Shown here: positions 47,922 to 55,766 of the stretch, one piece after another
Position numbering within the stretch: position 1 is the stretch's first letter
Layout of the letters: each line of letters begins with the position of its first letter
Virus record (IMG/VR): IMGVR_UViG_3300034109_001012
DNA from: a virus
Strand: one strand, 5' to 3'
Length of the DNA: 64,000 nt
Notes under the pieces: generated by a model
The model's database searches: none
Told to the model about the DNA's origin: nothing
What the model saw: the letters and a program-made list of their open reading frames with translations, nothing else
Position numbers and translations under genes: made by a program

Positions 47922-49202
47922 AACACATTCGAGGCTCGAATAGGCATAACCATCAGCTTTCTGGAGTGGTTTCATGTATTTTGGATGAACACCATCTATC
48001 TTGTTTAAGGCAAATTTTGGAATTTGCCGGATCGCAATTCGACCATAATGGGTTCCCTTATTCTTTCCAGATGGAATCACAGCCTTAACATAATCCCCTG
48101 TTTTATACCCCATAAAACTCTTAATTCTTGCTTTATGGCATTTAGGAAAACCATACTTATCGGTTGTGACCCGTTGCCTTACCCCATGCCCTTTAGCTGA
48201 TATTAATAAAGGTTTAACATCCTTAATAATCAGATTTTCGGGAGTAGAAGCACCAACGCAAGCCGCGTCAATCCAGTGAGCTTTAGGGAATTTTTGACGG
48301 CATCGGTTAAACTTAGTCCGTCCCCCCGTCCCAACTTCTACAGGTAAGCCAGTCTCCTTCAATCGGTTGTACAAACACCACCGAGTAGAGTTAACGGCGG
48401 CTGCATCTTTGAGAGGGGCTTTAACCCGTTTCAGGATTTTATTAAGCAATTCCTTCTTTTTAGAAAGGAAATCTTTAATGTCCTTAGCACCCTTTTTTTG
48501 ATTGCATTTATGGCAAGCGATCGCCAAATTAGAAACCCGATTACTCCCCCCTTTGGATCTGGGTATCAAGTGTTCAATCTCTAATCTGGTATCAACAGCG
48601 CCACAGTAAACGCATTGACGGTCAAACTTCTCCAAAAGGTATTCCCGAACTTCATACCCCGCTAACTCCCCTTGCTGATACTCGACACCGGAAACTTCTG
48701 GATTCTCCATAATTTGAGTGTCGAACCGTACCAACTCTTGAGATATCGCAGAAATAGGAGCTAACTTTCTTAACCGATTAACCCAAGTGATCACATTTTC
48801 AACCCGTGACATTAGACTCGGAGCTAACCAACCCTTAACCCGTGTGCGATTAAGAAAACGGGGTTGGCGGTATCTGGTTTTTCTACCTCGGCGACCCCTT
48901 CTTAAACTGCGTCGGGATTCCAGTGCATTCTTGATCACCATGCCACGATGTTGAATATCGGCGCCCCAAACAACTTCACCCGTGCCGTCGTTTACCAAGG
49001 CAATGCCAGTAAATTTAGAACCAGGATCTATCTTTAGCCTCAAATCTTCAGTTGAAGATTTGAGAGCATATTTTAGGATGATTGTAAAAGGTTGATGCCG
49101 AAAAACTGCGGCTTTCTTTTGAGTTAAAAGAATCCTAGCTTTTGCGGGTGAGATTGGATTTAATGGACGCTTTTCGGTATCCATCACAAATACTTTAGAC
49201 AT
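47916..49202 (-). CDS. iscB: IscB-type RNA-guided endonuclease (OMEGA system; RuvC with inserted HNH)
   Basis: PLMP-like KRPLNP, RuvC-I LKIDPGSKFTGIAL, Arg-rich bridge RRSLRRGRRGRKTRYRQPRF, RuvC-II ISQELVRFD, HNH CVYCG..EIEHLIPRSKGGSNRVSNLAIACHKCNQKKG, RuvC-III HWIDAACVG. Confidence 0.9.
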   Translation of the reverse strand: MSKVFVMDTEKRPLNPISPAKARILLTQKKAAVFRHQPFTIILKYALKSSTEDLRLKIDPGSKFTGIALVNDGTGEVVWGADIQHRGMVIKNALESRRSLRRGRRGRKTRYRQPRFLNRTRVKGWLAPSLMSRVENVITWVNRLRKLAPISAISQELVRFDTQIMENPEVSGVEYQQGELAGYEVREYLLEKFDRQCVYCGAVDTRLEIEHLIPRSKGGSNRVSNLAIACHKCNQKKGAKDIKDFLSKKKELLNKILKRVKAPLKDAAAVNSTRWCLYNRLKETGLPVEVGTGGRTKFNRCRQKFPKAHWIDAACVGASTPENLIIKDVKPLLISAKGHGVRQRVTTDKYGFPKCHKARIKSFMGYKTGDYVKAVIPSGKNKGTHYGRIAIRQIPKFALNKIDGVHPKYMKPLQKADGYAYSSLECVV

Positions 49203-49455
49203 TTAAAAATAACTCTTTCGAGCCTCCGATAAATCGGGTAATGTGTGCCTCGTCAATGTTATTGGGCGGTACTATCTAAGTGACACTGACTTAATTGCTG
49301 TACATCTGTTTAATCACTTAGTTATAGAGCTTGGAACTGGCAACGCATCCCAAGGTATGAACTTAAACACTTCCCAATAACGTAGCTCAGTAAAGAGCTT
49401 AGACTGGTTAACTATTTACCAACAAACTACATTGGTAAACCTTGATTCTTGACTG
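49203..49455 (-). ncRNA. Candidate omega RNA (guide-like 5' end plus structured scaffold) upstream of iscB
   Basis: ~250-nt gene-free leader with nested helices: 49415-22/49432-39; 49258-66/49373-81; 49276-83/49314-21; 49384-88/49395-99; 49226-37; GAAA tetraloop 49213-22. Confidence 0.6.
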
Positions 49456-49460
49456 TTTTC

Positions 49461-49466
49461 ATTATA
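49461..49466 (-). promoter_or_regulatory. -10 box TATAAT for the candidate omega RNA / iscB transcript
   Basis: Perfect TATAAT on the minus strand, 6 nt before the guide-like 16-mer; overlaps a 10-bp A/T-rich inverted repeat (49466-49501). Confidence 0.4.
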
Positions 49467-49513
49467 CACAAATAACGCAAAAAAAACAAGTTTATTTGTG
49501 TATTTTTAAAAGG

Positions 49514-49957
49514 TCAAGAGCAAAAGCAATCGTCAACCTTGATAACTTCGATCTCGACACAAAGGGCTTTTAATCGCTCATAAGCCACCACCGGATCGGC
49601 TTCAAAATCAACCGGACTAGATCCGTCCATCGGCAAGTCTGACACCGCCCCCAATGGCTCATAAGCCCTTGATTTATTATTCCAAAAAAATACTCGGTTA
49701 ATATGTCGCTCTGCTGCTTCGGGGGTTTCCAAGAAACAATAGATCAACCCCGTAACAATTGCCTGCCGGACATCTGTTCTGAATCGCCGTTTGTCGAGCT
49801 TGACTGTCCACAATTCGGTCAATAGTTCCTCGTCGGTGGCAGCGTCGTACCAGAGACACTCACAAGAGAATGTGTGGAGGTCGTTGGCATGAATTTTTTG
49901 GGCGGGTTGAAATCCTTTTTTAGCGGGTTTGGTTTTGGCTTTAGTTGATGTTTTCAT
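49514..49957 (-). CDS. Hypothetical protein
   Basis: 147-aa ORF downstream of the C5 methyltransferase gene. Confidence 0.45.
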   Translation of the reverse strand: MKTSTKAKTKPAKKGFQPAQKIHANDLHTFSCECLWYDAATDEELLTELWTVKLDKRRFRTDVRQAIVTGLIYCFLETPEAAERHINRVFFWNNKSRAYEPLGAVSDLPMDGSSPVDFEADPVVAYERLKALCVEIEVIKVDDCFCS

Positions 49958-49959
49958 GG

Positions 49960-50994
49960 TTAGTTAATTGATTTTAAGATTGCTAAACCTAATTCTTTAG
50001 CCAATAACGGAGGCACGGCGTTTCCTATTATTTGTTGGCTTAAAGTTTTGGATTCTGGGAATTGATAGGAGTCGGGGAAAGTCTGAAGCCGTGCCGTCGC
50101 TTTCTGACTAATTCGTTTAATTTGGCTTCCCTGCACGATGTCCGCCCAGTGGGTATGCCGCCCCGATGCCATAGCTCGAATTGTTGGGCAGGGTTTGTTC
50201 TGCGGAGTCGGGAGAATATTCTTGATGCAAGCTCCCGCTCGGGGGATTAACAGGATAGGAGAATGCGAGTTAACATGACCACTCACAATAGTAAAACTTG
50301 GATCGTTTGACTCCCGAACTGTAGCCTGTCTAATGAGTTGTTTCCCAATATCAATCAAGGCTTTTTCTGGTAAATAACCCAATTCATTTAGTCGCTTAAT
50401 CTGCCAGTCTGCAAGCTCACAGTCCTGCATTTCTGGGATTAAATCAGTAATAGCTTGATACCATCCCTTTCTAGGCTTTGATTCGGGAAAATATGGGAGG
50501 GGTTCTGAGTTTTTGACTGCCCACATGATTAATCGTTTCCGGTTCTGTGGAACCCCATAATCCGCCGCGTCAAGAATTAACCAATGGTAGCGATATCCAC
50601 AATCAATTAGCGATCGCAATATCGCCTCAAATGTCGGCGATTTAGCATATCCTGGTACATTCTCAAGGATCACCCATCGAGGGTTTAATGTAGCTATATA
50701 GTCCCGACAATACAACCCCGCATCTTTGTCTTTATGGTCAGGAATATCACCACGCCGCGCCATTGAATATTGCTGACATGGGGGACTCATCCAAAGCAGA
50801 TCAACCCGTTCCATGAGATGAGTGCGAATTTCACCGACGCAAGAATTAAATATTTTAGTATTAGGGAGATTTGCTTGGGCAACTTTAGCAATTTTAGGAT
50901 CTCGCTCAACTCCCCAAATAGACTTAAATCCTGCTGACTCTAGGCCTAAATCTGCGCCACCACCGCCTGTAAATAATGTTGCAAATGTTAGCAT
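49960..50994 (-). CDS. dcm: DNA (cytosine-5)-methyltransferase (orphan)
   Basis: Motif I FATLFTGGGG, IV SPPCQQYS, VI ILENVPG, VIII QNRKRL, X GNAVPP; start taken at MLTFATLF with GGAGGA RBS (track start 51015 is GTG). Confidence 0.9.
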   Translation of the reverse strand: MLTFATLFTGGGGADLGLESAGFKSIWGVERDPKIAKVAQANLPNTKIFNSCVGEIRTHLMERVDLLWMSPPCQQYSMARRGDIPDHKDKDAGLYCRDYIATLNPRWVILENVPGYAKSPTFEAILRSLIDCGYRYHWLILDAADYGVPQNRKRLIMWAVKNSEPLPYFPESKPRKGWYQAITDLIPEMQDCELADWQIKRLNELGYLPEKALIDIGKQLIRQATVRESNDPSFTIVSGHVNSHSPILLIPRAGACIKNILPTPQNKPCPTIRAMASGRHTHWADIVQGSQIKRISQKATARLQTFPDSYQFPESKTLSQQIIGNAVPPLLAKELGLAILKSIN

Positions 50995-51101
50995 TAGAAA
51001 TCCTCCTCTTCCCACAGTTGATCAACCCATTTATCGTAATCAACCTCGAATAATTCAAAGGTCTTATAATCTTTGGGTTCCGGTGTTTTTAAGTCTGTCA
51101 T
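50994..51101 (-). CDS. 35-aa acidic protein ending EEEDF (not in ORF track)
   Basis: MTDLKTPEPKDYKTFELFEVDYDKWVDQLWEEEDF; GAGGAGG RBS; ATGA and TAATG overlaps with neighbours. Confidence 0.35.
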   Translation of the reverse strand: MTDLKTPEPKDYKTFELFEVDYDKWVDQLWEEEDF

Positions 51102-51562
51102 GCTACCTCCTCAACAAGAATGTCTTTTGCCAATAAGATCAATCCCCTTGAGGATATTTGGTTTAATTTTTCCCACCCAGCACACTGAAAACAATAGCCA
51201 GGATTTGTTGATTGAATTTTTTTGGGGTGAACATAGGTAAATTTTCTGGTTGATCCATAACGTTCATCCCATGCTTTTTCAGCTTTGAGAATGATTTCAG
51301 AGGACTTAATTGTTGATTCGTTCCGAAAAAGAATGCAACAAACCCCCGTTTGATTATCCTTTCGATATTTCTGTACATTCCAAACAAACAACCAACGCCC
51401 CATAGGTTCCAGCAAAATCAATCTTTTTCCAGGCGGGGTAAATCTTTTTTGACAAATATTGCCTCGCCAAATTCGAGAATAATGACGATTAGCAATATCG
51501 GCAGCCAATGGGTTGCCGTCACGGACGACAACAAAATCATCAAAAGGAAGATACATTTGCAT
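51098..51562 (-). CDS. Conserved-looking hypothetical protein
   Basis: 154-aa ORF with HYSR...FRNE...NPGYCFQCAGW motifs; family not identified. Confidence 0.45.
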   Translation of the reverse strand: MQMYLPFDDFVVVRDGNPLAADIANRHYSRIWRGNICQKRFTPPGKRLILLEPMGRWLFVWNVQKYRKDNQTGVCCILFRNESTIKSSEIILKAEKAWDERYGSTRKFTYVHPKKIQSTNPGYCFQCAGWEKLNQISSRGLILLAKDILVEEVA

Positions 51563-52140
51563 TAGAAATCCTCCTCAACAATTGTTAAGCCACAGCCGGG
51601 GAGGATTAAACTGGGATTGTTTGAAGCCATTAATTCAACCATTCCAGATGGTAAACAACGCCGGACTATTAATGTCATGCTGTCTAAATTTCTGTCAGTA
51701 GTTTTGACGCGATCGCCTTCTTTAAAAACGTAATCACCCAACAATATTTGTTCCCCCCTGACCATCCGAACAAATAGCTTTATTTTGTCCGAGTCCAGGG
51801 ATTCTCGGACTCCACCCCATGCCCATTCAATTGTTATTTTATTTCTTCGACAATTAACAATCCGCCCAATATATCGATGGTCGCTTTTAAGTTGGACAAT
51901 ATCAGTTTTTTTGAATGGACTTGAATCGGAAACTTCCTCAAAATCTAGGGTTTCCGATCTATGCAAATTCCCTGTTTTTTCGTTAGTTATTTGACAGGTT
52001 TGTTTTATTGAATTAAATCCCTCAACCCGCCAAGCTGTTCCCTTAATTAAATAGTTTGGGCGGTGTTTGTGAGGGTCAATTTCTACCCAGTCACCGACTT
52101 TTAAAAGTCTTTCAAATATCTTCTTGGTTGCTGCGGTCAT
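51562..52140 (-). CDS. Hypothetical protein with repeated SH3/KOW-like GD(W/R)V segments, ends VEEDF
   Basis: 192-aa ORF; TAATG overlap downstream. Confidence 0.45.
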   Translation of the reverse strand: MTAATKKIFERLLKVGDWVEIDPHKHRPNYLIKGTAWRVEGFNSIKQTCQITNEKTGNLHRSETLDFEEVSDSSPFKKTDIVQLKSDHRYIGRIVNCRRNKITIEWAWGGVRESLDSDKIKLFVRMVRGEQILLGDYVFKEGDRVKTTDRNLDSMTLIVRRCLPSGMVELMASNNPSLILPGCGLTIVEEDF

Positions 52141-52144
52141 GGCG

Positions 52145-52573
52145 TTAATTAACCTCTTTTTTGTATTTTCGGGTCGGTGTTTCTAGGGCTTTCTTTAATG
52201 ACCACCCCCGTTGAAGTCTTTGAGCAAAATATTGGAGGGTCATCGGGGGGTTTTGGTTTTGGTAAATCCATTCGATGGTATGTTGTCTTCCCCTGAAATA
52301 ATAGGTTTTAAAAATGGGATTAGGGGGGATGATTTTGTCTTTAATCTCCTGGATTCTTTCTTCTGACAGTGGTTCGATTTCGTATCTGCCATAAGTTAGT
52401 GGTTTAATGATTCCAAACTTAAGAAACCGTTTTATTCTGGTATTTGCGTTTGCGATATTCAGGTTAAACTTATCGCGCATTTCTTGAACTTTAAAGGAAG
52501 TTTTACCTTGTCTCTGTTGTTCGTAAAACCAATTGATAATACTTCCTAAGTCTTCCCAACCAAGTCTGTCCAT
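52145..52573 (-). CDS. Hypothetical (winged-helix-like) protein
   Basis: 142-aa ORF abutting the dnaB stop. Confidence 0.4.
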   Translation of the reverse strand: MDRLGWEDLGSIINWFYEQQRQGKTSFKVQEMRDKFNLNIANANTRIKRFLKFGIIKPLTYGRYEIEPLSEERIQEIKDKIIPPNPIFKTYYFRGRQHTIEWIYQNQNPPMTLQYFAQRLQRGWSLKKALETPTRKYKKEVN

Positions 52574-55177
52574 TTAGTTCATCCCCCGTACCAAATTTTT
52601 AAACTGGGTGAATTGAGAATCGAACAATAGCTTTACTGTTCCGGTGGGGCCGTTGCGATGTTTAGCTAAAATTAATTCAGCTATTCCCGCGTCCGAAGTG
52701 TTGGGATTATAATAATCATCTCGATAGATCATCATTACTAAGTCCGCGTCCTGTTCTGTTGAGTTGTGAACAACAATGTTATTGGCAACAAAGTTATGTA
52801 GTCCAGGAACCGTTAAATCGAAAACTTCCTCCTCGCCAGTAGGGATGATTGAGACTATTTCATCCCAATAAACATCACTATTGCTAAGAGCAAGTAATTC
52901 ATCTGATTGAACAATATTGGCAACTTTTAAAGCTCTCTCTCGACTTAAATTTGCCTTATAAAGCCCAGAACCACAGTAGGACTGTCCCATGTGAGATTGT
53001 ATTTCTCGTGTTGTCATCCCAATAATTTGCATTGCGGGTACAACTTGATTTCTCCAAACTTCTTTGGGAATTACATCTCTATTAGGATTATGAATGCAAT
53101 CTTCAAAATGTTCAGATATTTCTTGTAGTGAACTTGATTTGTATTTTCCTACTGCCCCAACATTTTGAGCAAATAATTCTAAATCGATCTTGCCTGTGAT
53201 GATGACATTGTATTGATCTCTACCCTTGCCGAGTTGGGGGTTTCTTTTGAGTCTTGCATTAATACCCAGTCTTAATAAAAGTGTCTGGACATTAGACGCT
53301 AATTTTTGACTACTACTTGCATAATAAGCAATGGGTCTCGGTTTTTTCCCTGCAACCAACTTAATACAACCGTCTGTACTCCAAAGATGTCTTAAAAAGC
53401 AAGCTATCAACTCTTTTGGCTGCAAAAACACATCTTGAGGTACAAACTTTTCGTAAGACCTTAATCCAAAAACTCCGAGAGAATCCAGCCATTTAGCTAT
53501 AGGGTTTCTGACACCGTGAGTTAATCGTTGTTTGGCTGGTAAGTAAACCTGATACCAGTTGCGCTCAGGGGAAATTCTGGGGACAATAGTGTCTCCAAAT
53601 AATTGTTTAGTCATCAACACAACGTTTTCAGCCAAATCAATTTCCCTGGTTGTGTATTGGATGGTATGCCGTGGCAACGTACAACCATCACCTATTAAAT
53701 GTCCTAACAATGCAACCTCTGAATGAGTCATAGTTTGTTTACCCTCGGTCGATAAATGTCTTGGCAAACATATATGCTGTTTAGGACTTAATTCATCCAG
53801 TCTTTTCCAACCCTGAATTGTCAAGAATTTGTGATTGGCAGTTGCCTTAATTTTTCGTCCTAGCCGAGTTGTTAGGGTAAATACAGGTTTGACCCCAGTA
53901 GAAAAAGCATTGCTAACAACCGCACTTTCCAGTTTCATTGTTTCTTCGTTTAATGCCCAAACTAGAAACCCTGATTTACCTACCAATTCCTTAATAGGTA
54001 CTTGTAATCCAGTATCTGCTAATGTGATTAAGCTGTCACCCGTCAAGCAACCCGATTCTCTCAAGTCTGAAAGCATTGGGCGTTTATTGGTGCGCTGTTC
54101 GACGCTACGACTCAACTGAGACAGGACAACTACAGGAACGTTTAAATCTTTTGCCATTCCCTTTAATCCCCGTGTAATTCTTGACAATTCTTGCACCCGA
54201 TTATCACTTCCTCCGTCCATTAATTGCAGATAATCTATTAGAATTAAGCCTAACTTTCCATCGTTATCGGCTTGCAATCTTCGAGCTTCAGAACGCATTT
54301 CGGTGATGGTAATATTCGAGGTGTCGTCAATATAAATCGGTAATTCTGCTAAGGAACTAATTGCGGTTGTCAAAGGTTCCCATTCCTCTTGCTGAATATT
54401 CCCTGCCCGTAGCCGCGTACTTTCAATTTTGGTTTCGCTCGATAATAGTCTTTGGACTAATTGACCTTTAGACATTTCTAAACTGAAGACTGCAACAGGT
54501 AGCCCTTTTTTGGCAATGTTATATCCAAAATTTAAAGCCAAACTCGATTTGCCCATTGCAGGTCTTCCTGCCACAATAATTAAGTCGGTGTGTTGGAATC
54601 CTCCAGTCATGGCATCGAGGTCATAAAATCCAGAGGGGACACCGGGGGGAATCTTGCTTTCGCTCCGGTCTTCAATTTCTTGAAAGGTATCAATTAAAGT
54701 TTCACCAATCGAAACTAAATCCTGTTGTGATTTTGATTGGGAAATATTAGCAATTTGTTCCTCTGACTTTTGGAGAATTGTCTCTAAAGGTTGACTGGTA
54801 TCTTCTGCCAATTCAATAATTTTATGGGCAGATTCAATTAGGTTTCTTCGAGTTTGCTTATCGGCAATTAACAGCCCGTATTGATCAATGTTAACTGCTG
54901 AAACTGTGCGGTCTAATAATTGGGTTAATCCTAATTGTCCCCCGGCTTTCTCAAGTAATTTCTGATCGGATAACCAGGTAGTGACGGTCATTAAATCCGT
55001 GGTTATTCCCTCGGAATGTAATGCTAAAGCTGCTTTGTAGATTGTTTGATGCGATCGCAGGGAAAAAGATTTAGCAGTTAGCGTTTCTGCAACTCGCCCC
55101 ATAGCTTCGGGGTCTAAGAGAATCGCTCCCAAAACGGCTTGTTCTGCCTCAACGTTTTGCATGATTATTGTTTCCAT
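52574..55177 (-). CDS. dnaB: Replicative DNA helicase DnaB, interrupted by an intein
   Basis: AEQAVLGAILLD N-terminus, Walker A AGRPAMGKSS, Walker B LILIDYLQLM, ...LSDLRESG|C....HN|STEQDADLVMMIYRDDYY. Confidence 0.95.
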   Translation of the reverse strand: METIIMQNVEAEQAVLGAILLDPEAMGRVAETLTAKSFSLRSHQTIYKAALALHSEGITTDLMTVTTWLSDQKLLEKAGGQLGLTQLLDRTVSAVNIDQYGLLIADKQTRRNLIESAHKIIELAEDTSQPLETILQKSEEQIANISQSKSQQDLVSIGETLIDTFQEIEDRSESKIPPGVPSGFYDLDAMTGGFQHTDLIIVAGRPAMGKSSLALNFGYNIAKKGLPVAVFSLEMSKGQLVQRLLSSETKIESTRLRAGNIQQEEWEPLTTAISSLAELPIYIDDTSNITITEMRSEARRLQADNDGKLGLILIDYLQLMDGGSDNRVQELSRITRGLKGMAKDLNVPVVVLSQLSRSVEQRTNKRPMLSDLRESGCLTGDSLITLADTGLQVPIKELVGKSGFLVWALNEETMKLESAVVSNAFSTGVKPVFTLTTRLGRKIKATANHKFLTIQGWKRLDELSPKQHICLPRHLSTEGKQTMTHSEVALLGHLIGDGCTLPRHTIQYTTREIDLAENVVLMTKQLFGDTIVPRISPERNWYQVYLPAKQRLTHGVRNPIAKWLDSLGVFGLRSYEKFVPQDVFLQPKELIACFLRHLWSTDGCIKLVAGKKPRPIAYYASSSQKLASNVQTLLLRLGINARLKRNPQLGKGRDQYNVIITGKIDLELFAQNVGAVGKYKSSSLQEISEHFEDCIHNPNRDVIPKEVWRNQVVPAMQIIGMTTREIQSHMGQSYCGSGLYKANLSRERALKVANIVQSDELLALSNSDVYWDEIVSIIPTGEEEVFDLTVPGLHNFVANNIVVHNSTEQDADLVMMIYRDDYYNPNTSDAGIAELILAKHRNGPTGTVKLLFDSQFTQFKNLVRGMN
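52763..54049 (-). mobile_element. DnaB intein (429 aa) with LAGLIDADG homing-endonuclease domain
   Basis: Starts CLTGDSLITL, ends FVANNIVVHN followed by S; LLGHLIGDGC and FLRHLWSTDGC blocks; closely resembles the Synechocystis Ssp DnaB intein as recalled. Confidence 0.9.
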
Positions 55178-55764
55178 TATTTCGCTCCATTTAAGTTTTT
55201 ATTCATTTTTGTGGCGATCAGGTTATTTAGAAATTCCTGATTTTTTAACTTCTGTTCCTCTGAAATCTGTGGCTTGAGTCCATTGGGCTTGAACTCGATT
55301 TGCTCACGGGGGATGACCTGCGTGGGACGCTCAAATTCTCGCGGGGCTTTTCGGTAGGCTTGCCAGTGAGTCTTGAAATCGTTGCTCAGGTATTGCAGTT
55401 GACCACTTTCGAGTGATCCAAGGTGAGACATCCCTCCGAGTTGAACGATTGCATATTGACTCGCATCGTCTAAATTATTCAACGGGAGGCGTTTAGCAAG
55501 CGATTCTAGGCATCTTGACCAACAGTTACTTACTAACTCACGTTCGGATTCTTTAACGAGGCTTACAAGCTCTTTTCCCGTGGGACACTTGCTAAGGTTG
55601 AAAATTGCCTCACGGATTGCAGTCTCAAATTCTTCAGCTGATAACTCCTGAGAGAGTTTGTCGAACCAAATTTCATATTTGAGTTCGGTGAAAATCGCGT
55701 CGGAAAAATTTTCTTTCAGGTTTTCGATTCCCTGATCAAAGATTTCATCGTTAAGCTCGGTCAT
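55177..55764 (-). CDS. Replication-module protein (possible helicase loader)
   Basis: 195-aa ORF between initiator-like gene and dnaB; TAATG coupling to dnaB; position only. Confidence 0.35.
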   Translation of the reverse strand: MTELNDEIFDQGIENLKENFSDAIFTELKYEIWFDKLSQELSAEEFETAIREAIFNLSKCPTGKELVSLVKESERELVSNCWSRCLESLAKRLPLNNLDDASQYAIVQLGGMSHLGSLESGQLQYLSNDFKTHWQAYRKAPREFERPTQVIPREQIEFKPNGLKPQISEEQKLKNQEFLNNLIATKMNKNLNGAK

Positions 55765-55766
55765 GG

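Noticed and set aside
47384-49243. Inverted copies of CCCGATTTATCGGnGGC (47384-47400 plus strand; 49243-49227 minus strand) as possible IS ends flanking the iscB region
   Set aside because: A 13-nt exact match is not rare at the scale of this window. One copy is an internal omega-RNA hairpin. No IS200/IS605-type subterminal hairpin plus cleavage motif could be defined.
49381-49400. tRNA D-arm-like GTAGCTCAGTAAAGAGCT on the plus strand
   Set aside because: No T-arm or acceptor stem is nearby. The hairpin is better explained as one helix of the candidate omega RNA on the opposite strand.
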